The position numbers and the translations under genes are program-made. Shown one piece after another: positions 51,855-64,000 of a DNA stretch of 64,000 nucleotides. This DNA is from Lingula anatina (lineage: Eukaryota; Animalia; Brachiopoda), in contig CM120649.1 of assembly GCA_051362555.1 (NCBI GenBank), positions 15,390,567-15,454,566 on the forward strand, read 5' to 3'. The first letter of the stretch is position 1, and every line of letters starts with the position of its first letter. Below the pieces are notes generated by a model. That model worked only from the letters and a program-made list of their open reading frames with translations, was not told the origin of the DNA and made no database searches.

Positions 51855-52280
51855 CTTAGGTTTTTGAATTTCCCGCGTAATTTCTTAGGAGCCTTGTCGT
51901 CAATTAAAGTGTTTCAGCGAGCTAGCGGGTCCTCCGTTCGAGGCTCGTGCCTCCTCTCCTCGCACCGAGTGTCCGTATTTAGCTCTGCTCTACGACGCCA
52001 GGTCCGCTCTCCGTGTTCACAGGTCGAAGGTCCTTGTGTAACTGTGCGGGTGGTGGTTGTAGAAAGGTGTGAAGGCAAGTCTGCACCCTTTCGCCTCGTT
52101 GCTCGAAGTGAAGTTGATTTCTGCACTCCCGCCAGGTGGCGTAAGCTTGTGTCCCGTAGTTCGGGGTCTGCTTCCGGTACAATCACAATACTACGACTAA
52201 TTGACAAGTGTTTAAACCTCGGTTATAAACCCGATAAGTCAGAGGTCTCTGGAGTTACTTTCCCAGGAATTTTCAGTAGC
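51855..52280 (-). other. Probable 5' leader exon of the WD40-like gene
   Basis: Bounded by an acceptor (TTTATTTCAG| at 52281) and a donor (AAG|GTCAGG at 51854). GC/CpG-rich, with no ATG on the minus strand. Confidence 0.5.
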
Positions 52281-52539
52281 CTGAAATAAACCAATTTAAA
52301 TTAAATTTCGCCACCAGCAAAACCTGTGAGAATTTCAGTTGTTTGTAATTTGCTCTCTCCGTCGCAAGCACTGAATGCCAATAGATGTCAGCACTTTGCA
52401 CCAAGACAACCCAAATACAGAAGCTGAAAGAGCTGGGTGGATACTTTATTAACTATGTACAAATATTAATAGGGGAGAATAATGACTAATAATTACATAA
52501 TTACAAAACACAATTCGATAGCTCGCACACAAATTTGAT

Positions 52540-52574
<35 letters not shown>

Positions 52575-52696
52575 GTGTTTCGAGACAGAGATGCATTCCG
52601 ATTTAGGCACCAGATGGCGCAGTGCACGCAGTATAAACAGAGTGCTCAACCGCAAATCAACATTAGCACGTGCAGAGGTGAAATCAACCGAAGGCC
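52281..52696. promoter_or_regulatory. Bidirectional promoter region between the divergent WD40-like and carboxylesterase genes
   Basis: About 420 bp separate the divergent exons. Locally CpG-rich. Poly(A) tract ~52542-52573; TATAAA at 52632-52637, 60 nt upstream of the esterase ATG; E-box CACGTG 52668-52673; CTCF-like motifs at 52378-52393 and 52606-52620. Confidence 0.65.
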
Positions 52697-55600
52697 ATGT
52701 GGCGATTGCTGTGTTTGGCTATAGTTTTTCACCTGGCAGTGGCAGTATTTGGAGAAGACGTTGTGGTGACGACAAAACTTGGAGACATCAAGGGACTTTC
52801 TGGCAAAGTGCGCTTTAGAGGGAAGACGCACGTGTTGAAGAAATTCCTTGGCGTTCCGTTCGCGCAACCACCTCTGAAAGAGTTGCGATTCAAGGTAAAC
52901 AAATAAGATAAAAGGTTGATCGTTCAGTGATAACGGTTGTATGCGCAGTGTTGTCTTTGGTATCGTTGTTTAACGCTATGAAGTTCGTGAAAATTTAATT
53001 TTGATAGTAATTAAATGAACTGGAAAGGGATATTGGGTAAGTACAGTACGTGTACGTGAAATGCTATTGAAGGTGTACACGTGTTGAATTGTTAAATGCA
53101 GACATGGGGTAGAAGGCATCCCAAAAAGTGTGTCACATGTGACATTTTTTCCACGTTTTTATTTTAAATCAACATTCATTTGTATATGTTTCTGTGTTTA
53201 TATGTTGCTGATATTTGATACAAAAGTTTAAAAAAAAGCCTGTCGAGCTTGGGAAAATATTATTTGTAAAATATGGTTTGAAGTATGTTTTGTGAATTTT
53301 AAAGTAACACACCTTTTCTTTTTTATGATGACCAGCAGCACTCTGGCATTCTGTCCTGTTGATAATCACTTGTGATGATTTTTTTTTATTCAATTTTTAT
53401 TTTCAACATTTTCCAACATAGTTCTGAGCTCCTGAGCTTTGGCTATTTATATATGTATGCCTAGTCTATGATGATCAATATTACTTTTCCATACTTGAGA
53501 TTCATTTTATTTTATTTTATTATTTTTTTAATTTTATTTTATTATTTTCTTTCTGATCTTCATCTCAAATACTTGAATCTAGAAATCTTGGGAGATGTTT
53601 CTGATGATAAAAGCCAGGAGCCCAATCTTGCAAAAGAAAAAAGAAATTTACCCAAAAAAAAAAAAAAAAAAATTATGGTGCTACCTGAGCCATGTAACAT
53701 TATGTGATTTTATCAGTAGAGTTGCCTCTCACAGAGAATCATGTAGGCTCTATAGTTTTTTTATTCTTTTTGAGCTTTAAAACAACGAACCCTAACTAAT
53801 CTGACTATTGCACTGAAATTCAAACTGTCTAGACGTTTCTGCCTACAGTGATGACTTTGACTGAGTGAGGAATGTTAACTATATATTCCTGACTATATAT
53901 CTATGGTGAGTAAGGGTTTATCATATATAAAATGGTCTTAAACTGCCAGCTGGCAATATCTGAGTTTACCTGGCTAAGCAAGTACCACTTATTGAATCTG
54001 CACTAATTTCTGTGCCCTATGAGCTTAACTTTGGCTATAGACTGTCTTATTCTGTATGTAAAACCAAACCAGGAACAGTCCAAAATAAATCTTATAATGG
54101 ACTGGAAGTAAACATTGGCCCAAAGGTCTCAAATTAAAGCAGTTGTCTTTCTTGTTACAAAAAAGGGAAAATATGTAGAGTATTAAATTTAATTGGACTG
54201 CTTAATTATTGTTGTTTTATCTTGGGTCAGGGTAGATAGTAAACTATTGGTTTATAATTGTTAAGACCAATTTTTAAATTGAAGTGGGTTTTTTTTCTTG
54301 TGAATAAAATGGGCCCCATTTTCTTGCTGGGCCATTTGCTTCTGTCATAATTGCTGTAGTGCACTGCCTGTTTAATGTGTATTATGGGTTATTTTAAGTG
54401 GGGGATGATTTATCGCAATTACTTACAATAAGACAATGAGACGCGAGGAAGTGGGGCACTGAGTCTGAAAAGAGGTAAAACTATGTTATACCTTAGACTG
54501 CGTGTGTTACTATCTTTCAGAAGATACCTGTTGAGAAAAAAACTTAATTATCAGATTGAATACAATCAGATTACTGTGCCTGCCTCACATTTTCATAACA
54601 CTAGCTGTCCCACAACCAAAAGTGTCAGCTCTAAATAAAATAATTTTAAAATATATAAAAGAGTGGAAGTGGTCAGTTTTAATTTGATATGTTTAGGGCA
54701 AGGGCATAGGAAAATGACTCTGTTTTGTATTTTGTTGCCTTAGCTGTTTTTTGGAAGGGAATACCACAGAAGCCAAGGGAGGGACGTGTGTGTGTGTGCG
54801 TGCATATGTGTGCCTGCCTGCTTATCCCCCTGGATCTGCCTTTCCTCTGGTGCTGTTTTACACGTTTTCCCAGCCCAGTTCCACTTTTTATATTTCTTAG
54901 CATTGAGAACAGTGTATCCTTTACTGGTATTTATCTATTAAAAGAGGGAATGTTTTTACACGCGGTATTGGGATTTGTAGATTAAATGTGAGACACAAAG
55001 AAAATGAGAAACATTTGTTTTCATAAAACCTACAGAGAAGCAGCTAAAGTTTGCCTACAGATTTAGTAGTCAGGGTTATTTTTTGGTGAATTCACATGGT
55101 GAGTCTAATCAGATATCATCTGATAATAATAGTATGACTATAATTTCTGATTTAATTTAGACTAAGTCTGCATGCATTTGTATTTGATCATGCCCAGATG
55201 TAGGGCGATTGTCAATAAACTTCTGATTCTGATTCTGTTCTCTGAGAGTTCTGCATTGCTCTAAATATAAAAGCTTTGCAAATGACTATTTCTGTTTTAA
55301 TTTAGACCTGGCATGAACGCACCTTCAAGATTCCTTTGAATAGGCTTAATTTGTAAGTGGCTATTGCTGGTTTAAGTCAGACCTTTTCTGAATGCGTCTT
55401 GAGAAATCTGCAGTGCTCTCAAGGGATTGACTTTACAAATTTCTGCATCTCAGTTGGAAGTCTGTTGAGTTTTATAGGGAAAAGGTTGGGCAATCTTTTA
55501 TAAATGGTATCATGGGTTAGGGAGGTAGAAATGTCATATGACAGCGGTTTGATGTGATGATATGGTCAGAAAATGGGGATCGAGGTTATGCTCAGTATTT

Positions 55601-58600
55601 TTAACTTCATTCTTTTGCATTGAGAACATTGCAACATAGGGGACTGCGATGTCACTCACGTTAATTTTGTTCATTTAAGTCAGAAGATAGACATTATAGT
55701 GCCAGGCAAATTCATCTCATACCCTTATACTGAAATCTCAAGAATGAATAGAAATAAAACAATTTCATTATATAAACTTAATTATTGTAATTGATGGGCA
55801 GAAATAAAAAAACTTGGTGCTGAATGATGATGATTGAATCGGTTAAATGAGAACTTTTTTCTTTGCTTTAAAAATGCACTAAATTTTGTGGCGAAATCAA
55901 TTGATAAATTAAAAAGAAATCTCATTTTATAAGATTTGTTGAAGTGATACATTGGTAAATAATTCATGTCATTTCGAAAACTTAAAAGCTACACTGTGGT
56001 ATACATAAATCATTCTAACAGTGTACAAATCTAGAATTTATTCACCATTTTAAGACAAAAAACTTTTTTTTTTTTCATGGGGTCAATCAGGTTAATGCAC
56101 AGAGACAAAAGTTCTGTTTATTCCTAGTGGTATAATATAAGGGAAAGAGTTCCTTTTTGACTGTGTTGATGTAAATTATCAGAAAGCAAAGCCAGATTAC
56201 TAAGTGGACCATGCCAACTTCAAGGAGTCCTTCGGCCACAGCAAGAGGTTTTTTCATTGTAACAATTTCAACTTCACTGACCTTGCCATATGTTGTGTTT
56301 TCTTTTTTTTTTTCACCAAAGCAAGTGTCTGTTTTTCAGATCTACAGTAAGATTTATAGAAGTAAATTGCCTGGTGCAGGTCTTAGTTTTGATAGAGTTG
56401 TGCAGGAGTGCTGTATTTTTTTTTTTTTTTTTTTTTTGAACTGTAACAATTTTCAAGCCTGTCTGTGGTGTCACTGGCAGTACATTTGTTATCAAACATA
56501 ACAAGCTCAAGGTACTAGTAGCTAAAGGCAGGAGCTGAGATGGAGGAAAAAGAGTTGCCGAGACTCCACTGATTGAGTTGGAGGATTAAGAAAATGTTTC
56601 TTTTGTAACTCAGGAGATGGTGCACACAGTCAAAGATAAGGTTAATGAGAGAGGAGGCACTGGGGCACCTGTGAAAACTGGTAGTTCCCATTTCTTTAGT
56701 TTTCCTGGTTAAGCTATAATAAAAGGATGGTGCGTTTATGGTTCAGTTGTGACTGCTTAACTTAACACGTCTGTCATCCTATACTGGCAGACTTTTCTCT
56801 GTAATAATGTTTTAGATAAGCCACCAGTTGCATAAATACGCTAGATTGTGAACTAACTTACACACTGAAGAAAAAAAAACTTCAAAAATTGGGGAAAGAT
56901 GATGATGCATTCCACAGAGTAAAGGGACTGACAAATTGTGTGAAGATGTATCACGTAATTTCAGCATGGAAATGAACTTATTTAGCAAAAATCAGGGAGC
57001 CAAATTAGTTGTGTGTGAAATGCATCACCAGTATGCAGCCAGGGAATATGTGAAACAAGATTTCGAAGTTTTTGTGTCTTTAGTGAACTTAAATTTGAAA
57101 GGCTTGATGACTTTTTGCCTGTCTGTGCAAAAATTTCAGTTGTTTTTATACAGTTCAGATGAGAATAAGTCTGTGCATCAGCAGTTTGGATTTAGATGTA
57201 TAGTCAAATTACAAATGCAAATACTAGATTAAAATAAATTTTAGTTGTATTTTACAATGTACAATTTTGTTAGTGCTTAACATCAAAAATCCCTATTTTC
57301 AATTATTTAAAACAATTAATATTTTTAGCTAAGTGACTTTTCAAAGCTTTTAAAAAGAATTTTTGTGGACCATGCTGTCGGCATATTTTTTTTAAAATTT
57401 TGTTAAAACTATTTTTTTTTGTTGTAACTGATGCAAGTTAAAAGTGTTAAGTTAGCACACTGAAGCACCATTTAGATTTAAGAATCACATAAGTTAATGA
57501 GCAACAAATGTTACTTTAAAATTCCTTTGAAAAAGAAGTTTGAAGTTTTTTGCCATGACATCCACAGTGATGAAATAATACTGCTTTATCTCTCTAGACT
57601 GGATATACTAGTATTTATAATTCCATATTGTTCAGGTTGTTTACTAACATTTAATTTATTTACATCTTTTTTTACTTTTATTTTATTAACAAGAGAGGTT
57701 CCAATACAAACAGTTTGTACTTAAAAGCTAAAATATTGGTGTTGTTTTTACATCCTAATTCTCACCTCATTTGCAGAATAAATGTTTTAGAAATCCTGAT
57801 GTATGAAATACCTTTGGACTTTTTTCTTCTCAGTCATGTAAATTAGGAGATCCAAATTCTTGGAAAATGGAGCATAGGTGATATGTCTTTAAAGGAAATA
57901 TGCATAACCTTTATCAGGAAATATGATTTAGAGTCACATCGTGGTAAATTAGATTATAAGCCACATGTGTTCATGTGTAGAGAACAGAGGGCTCAAAAAT
58001 ATTTTGTTGATTGCAGAAAGTATTTATTTCTAAATAATCGAAAATGTGTGTTTAGGCTTAAAGTACATTCTGAAGATTACTAAGAGGTGTTTCAGTTTAT
58101 AAGTATTCTAGGGGAAACAAATTTATCTCTAAGCAGACGCTCATTGCTTTATCATTTTCCCGTGGGGTCCACACTTATTTCATCATGGACAGGGTAACTC
58201 TAATTGAAGGAACGGAATTGATATGGTGCCTGTCAACACTAATCACTTTGAGGGATTGAATTCAAACTATTCAATAATAAGAAAAAATAACACTGTTCGT
58301 CATTTTAGGGAATATAACATGTCAGATCTTTTCCTCATACTCTCTCGCTCTGTTTCTATAAAAATAACACTGTTCATCATTTTTGGGAATACTAGCTAGT
58401 ATGTCAGATCTTTTCCTCATTCTCTCTCTCTCTCTCTCAACTGAAAGCAGTGCTTATGTTTTTATTTTATTATATATGCCCTTTATTATTTTACTTTTAG
58501 CCCCCTCGTGCACCTGCTCCCTGGAAACCAGACCTTTACAATGCCACCTATTACCGTCACACCTGCATGCAGGAAAAACTGGATAGAGACGAAATGCAGA

Positions 58601-59441
58601 AGCAAATACCTGGCTTCAAAAACTTTAGTGAAGATTGCTTGTATCTGAATATTTTTACAACATATGATGTAAGTGCCTGTGGTGTAAGACACTCTGTATG
58701 TATACATTTTGTGGTCAATAATAGCTTTGTAATAGTAAAATTTGATGAAAAATATTTACAATGATAATGAAAATAATATGTTACGTCACCTGGCTTTTGA
58801 TATGTCTTTGAGATCATTTTCTCTTTGTTGAAATACTAGATTAATTGTTATCAATCAACATTATACAACAAACAATTTAAATAGAATACCTGGGCAAGTA
58901 AAAAAAAAAAGGAAATTGATTTTGGTGTTTTGATTTTAATAATATTTAAAGAGACTTCCAGATTGTATCACCATGTGTTATAACCACATGTTCTCAGAGG
59001 ACATTATCTCAATGTTTTTGCCTTTTACACCATAAAAAAGCAACTGTACTTATACACATATAAAGTCAGTTACATAACAGGCTCAACTGAAACCACTCAT
59101 ATATTTATTTATTTATTTATTTTTGATTTGACATGCAATTCCTTTACTTAGATTCAGCAGACACTCTGTCATCATATAAAATTATTCAGACTTGTAACAT
59201 TTATTCATTTTGAAGTGAAGGTGTCACAAAAAAGTGGAAATTAATATAAGTAAGATGCTTAAAAAAAGTAGCTGTAACCATAAATTCCAGTTTACAGACA
59301 GTTCCAGTTTGCCTCACCCAGTCATGGTATTTATCCATGGCGGCAGCTACGTGGCAGGGTCAGCGCAGACAATACTGGGAGATGTACTACCACTGAAGGG
59401 CGTGGTCTTGGTTGTGATTCAGTACAGGTTAGGGGCTTTTG
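52697..59441 (+). CDS. Type-B carboxylesterase / cholinesterase-family protein, first three coding exons (gene probably continues beyond the window)
   Basis: Exon 52697-52894: signal peptide [19 protein letters not shown], then [10 protein letters not shown] and [17 protein letters not shown]|GTAAAC. Exon 58501-58668: PPRAPAPW...CMQ...[10 protein letters not shown]|GTAAGT. Exon 59291-59441: [15 protein letters not shown]...[14 protein letters not shown]|GTGAGT. These are classic COesterase motifs, including the HGG oxyanion hole. I did not find the catalytic GxSxG exon in the window. Confidence 0.93.
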
Positions 59442-60678
59442 GTGAGTCTTACTGTACGTATTTTTTGTTTGACATTTATTATTAATTTTTTATTGTGGTC
59501 ATGAAAACAACTTTTTTTTTCAGTTTCACTGAAATCTCAAAATATCTTGCACTGTCCACATTACATCATGGTGATTGAAAAAAAAATAGAAATTGCTTTT
59601 TCTGAACTTGTTCTTGCAGTAAATATTCTATAGACATTGTGGGACATCTTAAATTATTGTTTAAAAAATCAGGAAATTGGAGTTGTAATTGCATTTTACA
59701 TTGCTCTATACACATGTAGGATGTGTTCTCTTTTGTAAAATACATTGTTTCTTTGAGCAAAATTATGGAAGTGAGCACTTAATCAGTTCTTGCTTGTGTA
59801 AATTGTAGTTGACTGGCAGGTCCAGTTAGTATCAACTTCAAGACCTTAGCTGCACTTCTGAGTTGTTTTTCAGTGATAAGTAAATTGTGACATTAAAACT
59901 AATTTAAAAACAGTTTTAAATGAATCCTTCCAAATGAGGAGGAGGTAGCAAGCCATGTATTTGGCTGTGGTCCTCAGGAGATTTAACAACAGACGTCTTT
60001 CTTATGTAACAATTTATGTAACAATTTTTGCACTCAGCGTAGATGTGATAATTATTGAATTATAACACATAGAGGGATGACCTGGCACTCCATTAAATTT
60101 ATTTTGTTCCAGAATTATAGAGAAATATTTCTGACGTGGATGGTTGATTGTTGGGTCAGTGTTTTCTCCCAGAGGCTTTTGCAACTCTGAGCATATCAGA
60201 TGACGACATGCAAGGGTTGATATTTTTCTAATTTTTCTTCTTTTCAAATTTTTCCAATTAAAGGCAAAGGTGAATGATGAGTCAATTACTGTGCTAAGGC
60301 AGTATTTGTAACCTCCTTATTTGTAACTTCCTGTTTCTGGAAAAAAAAAACAGACTACTGGGGATAAAAGAGAACTTCAATGTGATGCAAACCATTTTCA
60401 AATCACCATTAGTTAAGACATGGTGACATACCAAACTAGCAATTAAGCATCCATGGGTGGAAATTTAAAATATGAAGATAAAGTTAAAAATATGTACTAT
60501 ACATATTTGTTATTTTTTATATTTTAGCTAATTATTTTAATTGAGTCTTTTTAATATTTAAATTCTTTTAAATATTGTTTTGTAAAATGTACTGAACATT
60601 TTAAATGGATTTAAACTTAAAATAATAATAATAACAATTATTATTATTATTATTATTACAGAGTAGAAGACTGTCTAA

Positions 60679-60928
60679 GGCTTCGTTCACATGCTATGTC
60701 TATTTTCTAAATTCTATTTTCTATTTGCGGTATGTCTTATGATCACGGTCTGTGGCCTGAATATCCCGCGGCGTAATTACTGGCAGCGCGAGCCAGTTAC
60801 TATAAGTTACTATTAGTAACTGGCTCGCGCTGCCAGTAATTACGCGGCGGGATATTCAGGGCACAGACCGTGATCATAAGATATAGAAAATAGAAATTAG
60901 AAAATAGACATTGCATGTGAACGAAGCC
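60679..60928. mobile_element. 250-bp palindromic MITE, PIF/Harbinger (Tourist-like)
   Basis: TAA|GGCTTCGTTCACATGC ... GCATGTGAACGAAGCC|TAA; the arms pair almost to the centre (~60805). Confidence 0.85.
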
Positions 60929-63114
60929 TAAACCCCCTTTCCCCACATCTCCTGTAACATGGCCTAATGACACCAAGTCCCTATCCCTTCATGTGAGGTT
61001 GAACTTTGCAGTCATAAGTCATCAGATCTGTACTTTATCAAAACAGAAACAGTTCAATAATACCAAGATGCCTTTCTCATATTGAAAATAAATAAATAAG
61101 CCATGTAATTGAATACTGTATTGATGAATGCTGGCAAGCTGCAGTCAAGGGAATGGAGGTTAAATAAGAAGATATAATTGTCCTGTCAGCGGCAATTTCG
61201 TGCCCAATCATTGGGCTGATAGTTTGTCCCCTGTGGGAGCTTTGAGTGGATAAGAGGTTGCTCTGGAAGAAACCCTGTGTTCAGTCACTGAGTACATGCT
61301 GTGCACAGTGAGCTAGCAGAATGTTGTCTTTGAATGTACACAATGGCATTTTTTGTGGGGGAGGGGAATCCTGAAGTAAAACAGTTGTGTTTCTTTTGTT
61401 TATTGTTGTTTTTTTGTAGTTCCACTCCTCTGTTTCCAATGCTAGGGAAATGTGATATATTGTAAACTTGAGTGTCTGTGATGACATTTTAGCGTTGAAC
61501 CAGAATTGGAAAAATGAGAAAAATTTCTAGATCAATATGTATGTATCCATGCAGACATCAGGTTTAGAGGTAGGAGCTGGTCATTAAGTAGGGGTCCAAG
61601 TGAACAAAAGATTGTCTCGAAACATGCCACATAAATGAAAGTATTTGTCATTTAAATTAAAAGAAGGAATTAAGATAAAGTGTTTAAGCCACCCATCTCC
61701 CCTTTAATTAATCTGCTACTCGAGTACTGCTGTGACTATACCATGTTTTATATTTACTTTATGTGAAGTTTTTGAGAGCTTGTCAAATAATATATTCTGA
61801 TGGAAAGGAATATTCTGTTTATAGATACTAGTATATATGTAAACATATAAAAACATTGTTCAAGTAGCAAATACCACATCACAGACTCAAACCCTCCACT
61901 GGAGTTAACCTCAAAAGAGACAGTAGTTGAGATATGAGACAGTCCAATAAAAAGACTTAAACCAATTTTCCTGAGACATTTATCAGATTACCCATAACTC
62001 TTGATAACCAGTGATCGTTCTATTGCCCTACAAATCTAAATATTTCACATAAAAAATGCTTAAAGGGTCATTCTGTTTTTAAACTCCGTCCCTCTAATAA
62101 TGTTAATGGTTACTTGCATTACTTGTATTATCCACTTTTAGTTTTTTTAACAGTGATAATGATTTTATTCCACAAAAAAGCATGTTGTTGTGAAGACTCT
62201 GGAGAATTGAATCAGATGCTAACTGCATGTTTGAGTAGGATTCTCAAGGCAACAAAACCCCAGCCTATTCACTTTAGCTTTCAATCTAAAAAGAAGATGT
62301 AACTGAATTTCCAATTACCTCAATATTTAACTGTAATTGCCTTAACCTTAAGTTGTCTAGACAGTTTAAAGGCCAGCTTAATGACATAACAGAGGAAAAC
62401 ACTGAAAATCTCCACACTGGAAAAAAATTAAATCTAAGTACAAAAAGCTTTCATTTTAAAAGGTCCACTTTTTCAGAAAAAGAGCCCCGTTTTATAAGCC
62501 TGCTTGAACTACATTGGGCAATTTCACCAAAAGGTGAAGATGCATTTTAGTCATGTGAGTAGTGCATTTTGGGTAATATTTCAATATTAGGTTTGATGTA
62601 ACAATTTTTCTTTCCATTTTATACAATGAAGGACCAATAAGTATGGAAAAAATTTTGCAGTTATGGAAAAGAAATATAAAACATCTTTGCAATTATTGTA
62701 CAAAATTCTTGCATCATAAATCTTTTTATTTTTTTTGCGCCATTACAGACCCCATTAAAATTATCTCCAGTCAAAGTGGATTATGCTTTATAGCAGCAAT
62801 ATCCCAGCATGCTGTCTGATAACAATTATATTTTAAATGGCAAGCACCTAACCAACTATACCTCGATTATGGTGGTATTGGGTGGGACCACAGATTTACT
62901 AGTTTTGCGGTCTGTGTTGAGGTATTTTCGTTAGTCAGCTAGCTATAACCTACAGAGATAGGCAGGACCAACTTTGTTGGAAACACCCATTAAGCATTAA
63001 AGGGGTCTTACCTCAAAATTGTATCTAAATTTGTTTTACTGGCAACTTCAGGTTTTACTCCAGTCTTGGAAAAGGCTGGGCTCAGAAAAAATATTGAGAT
63101 AGATTTTAATATAT

Positions 63115-63345
63115 ACCCAGACAGCCTCAGTAATCTGGCCCACGTCTGGCCCAGATCTGGCAACGTCTGGCAATATCTGGGCCAGATTTTGCCAGACACT
63201 TGCCAGATCTGGGCCAAGTCTGGCAAAGTCTGGCATTTATGCCGCATTTTGCCAGACACTTGCCAGATCTGGGCCAAGTCTGGCAAAGTCTGGCATTTAT
63301 GCCACATTTTGCCAGATGCTGCCCAGACTTGGGCCAGATATGGTT
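63115..63345. repeat. 60-bp tandem repeat built from TCTGG/CCAGA palindromic subunits, probably one end of a non-autonomous DNA transposon
   Basis: 63186-63245 is repeated at 63246-63305, plus partial copies. Begins TA|CCCAGACAGC; the other terminus was not found. Confidence 0.6.
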
Positions 63346-64000
63346 CTTTCATTTTCAATTTTTATTTTCTATTTATTTATTTTTTATTGACCAGTGAGCT
63401 GAATGCATTGAACTGACATCATTTGATAAATTTTGATTTAATTTATCTCTCTCTCTTTTCTTCAAAGTCCCCTCATAAGTGTGCTATTTGTTTAATTTGA
63501 CTTGACATTTGAATGAATTCACTGTTCTAAAACTTTTTTGAACTACTCGTTCCACTGTTATAAGAATCCGCTTTTTATGCTAAGCCGGTCAAGGACCCGG
63601 ATGTAGCGTTTCTTAGAGTTATGGATATGAAAAAAGCACAAGCGTATCAGACTGATACAATTCGTTGAGTGATTTGATTCGTGATGCGATTTATTTCGAA
63701 GGCATCAACACTGGCGACGAGGATTAACACTAGTGCAAAACTGTGAGCCAACTTTCTTTGAAAAAAATGGAGGAAAAATGTGAAATTACGGAATTCGAAC
63801 CGTACAGAAGTCCGGAGACATTAGGGTCACGCTCGACGCGATGGCTAGACAGTTTTAACCTCTTCGCTGACGGAAAAGATTGATCTTTTCAAAACCAACG
63901 GACGGCATGAATAATGAACAAAGATAGAAAATTAAAAATACATGACAGAGGAGACGCGCGCTTGTGTTGTATTCAGCAGGGACAGGTGTACAAGATATTT

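Noticed and set aside
51864-52289. 141-aa plus-strand ORF as a separate gene
   Set aside because: Non-ATG start, no recognisable domain, and explained by the GC-rich leader/promoter sequence of the opposite-strand gene.
63008-63416. Overlapping 116-aa ORFs on both strands
   Set aside because: By-product of a stop-poor 60-bp palindromic tandem repeat.

Overview
AT-rich animal genomic DNA with spliceosomal introns; the repeat types suggest a marine invertebrate, possibly a mollusc or other lophotrochozoan (inference). There are three zones. (1) ~1-25.7 kb is a dense, internally duplicated mosaic of broken elements with no intact host gene. It holds Gypsy LTR/gag/pol/integrase, Copia-like gag, hAT-like transposase, an SGNH-hydrolase ORF, and RTE, Tx1/L1 and RTE-X LINE pieces. 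These are interleaved with more than a dozen diverged B-box-like zinc-finger fragments, and every recognisable coding fragment is on the + strand. (2) 26.2-52.3 kb is a minus-strand gene that I assembled by hand from 27 phase-consistent coding exons (~1048 aa, N-terminal coiled coil plus WD40-like repeats). Its large introns are filled by Helentron-type, TTAA-targeting and Harbinger-type non-autonomous elements. (3) From 52.7 kb to the end lie the first three exons of a secreted type-B carboxylesterase, head-to-head with gene 2 across a short CpG-rich promoter carrying CTCF-like motifs. The best candidate for a new system is zone 1: a possible unistrand (flamenco-like) piRNA source locus that has collected both transposon and B-box gene fragments, placed so that read-through from the neighbouring gene would be antisense to all of them. 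This is a hypothesis; no expression data are available. All family assignments are by motif recognition, not database search.
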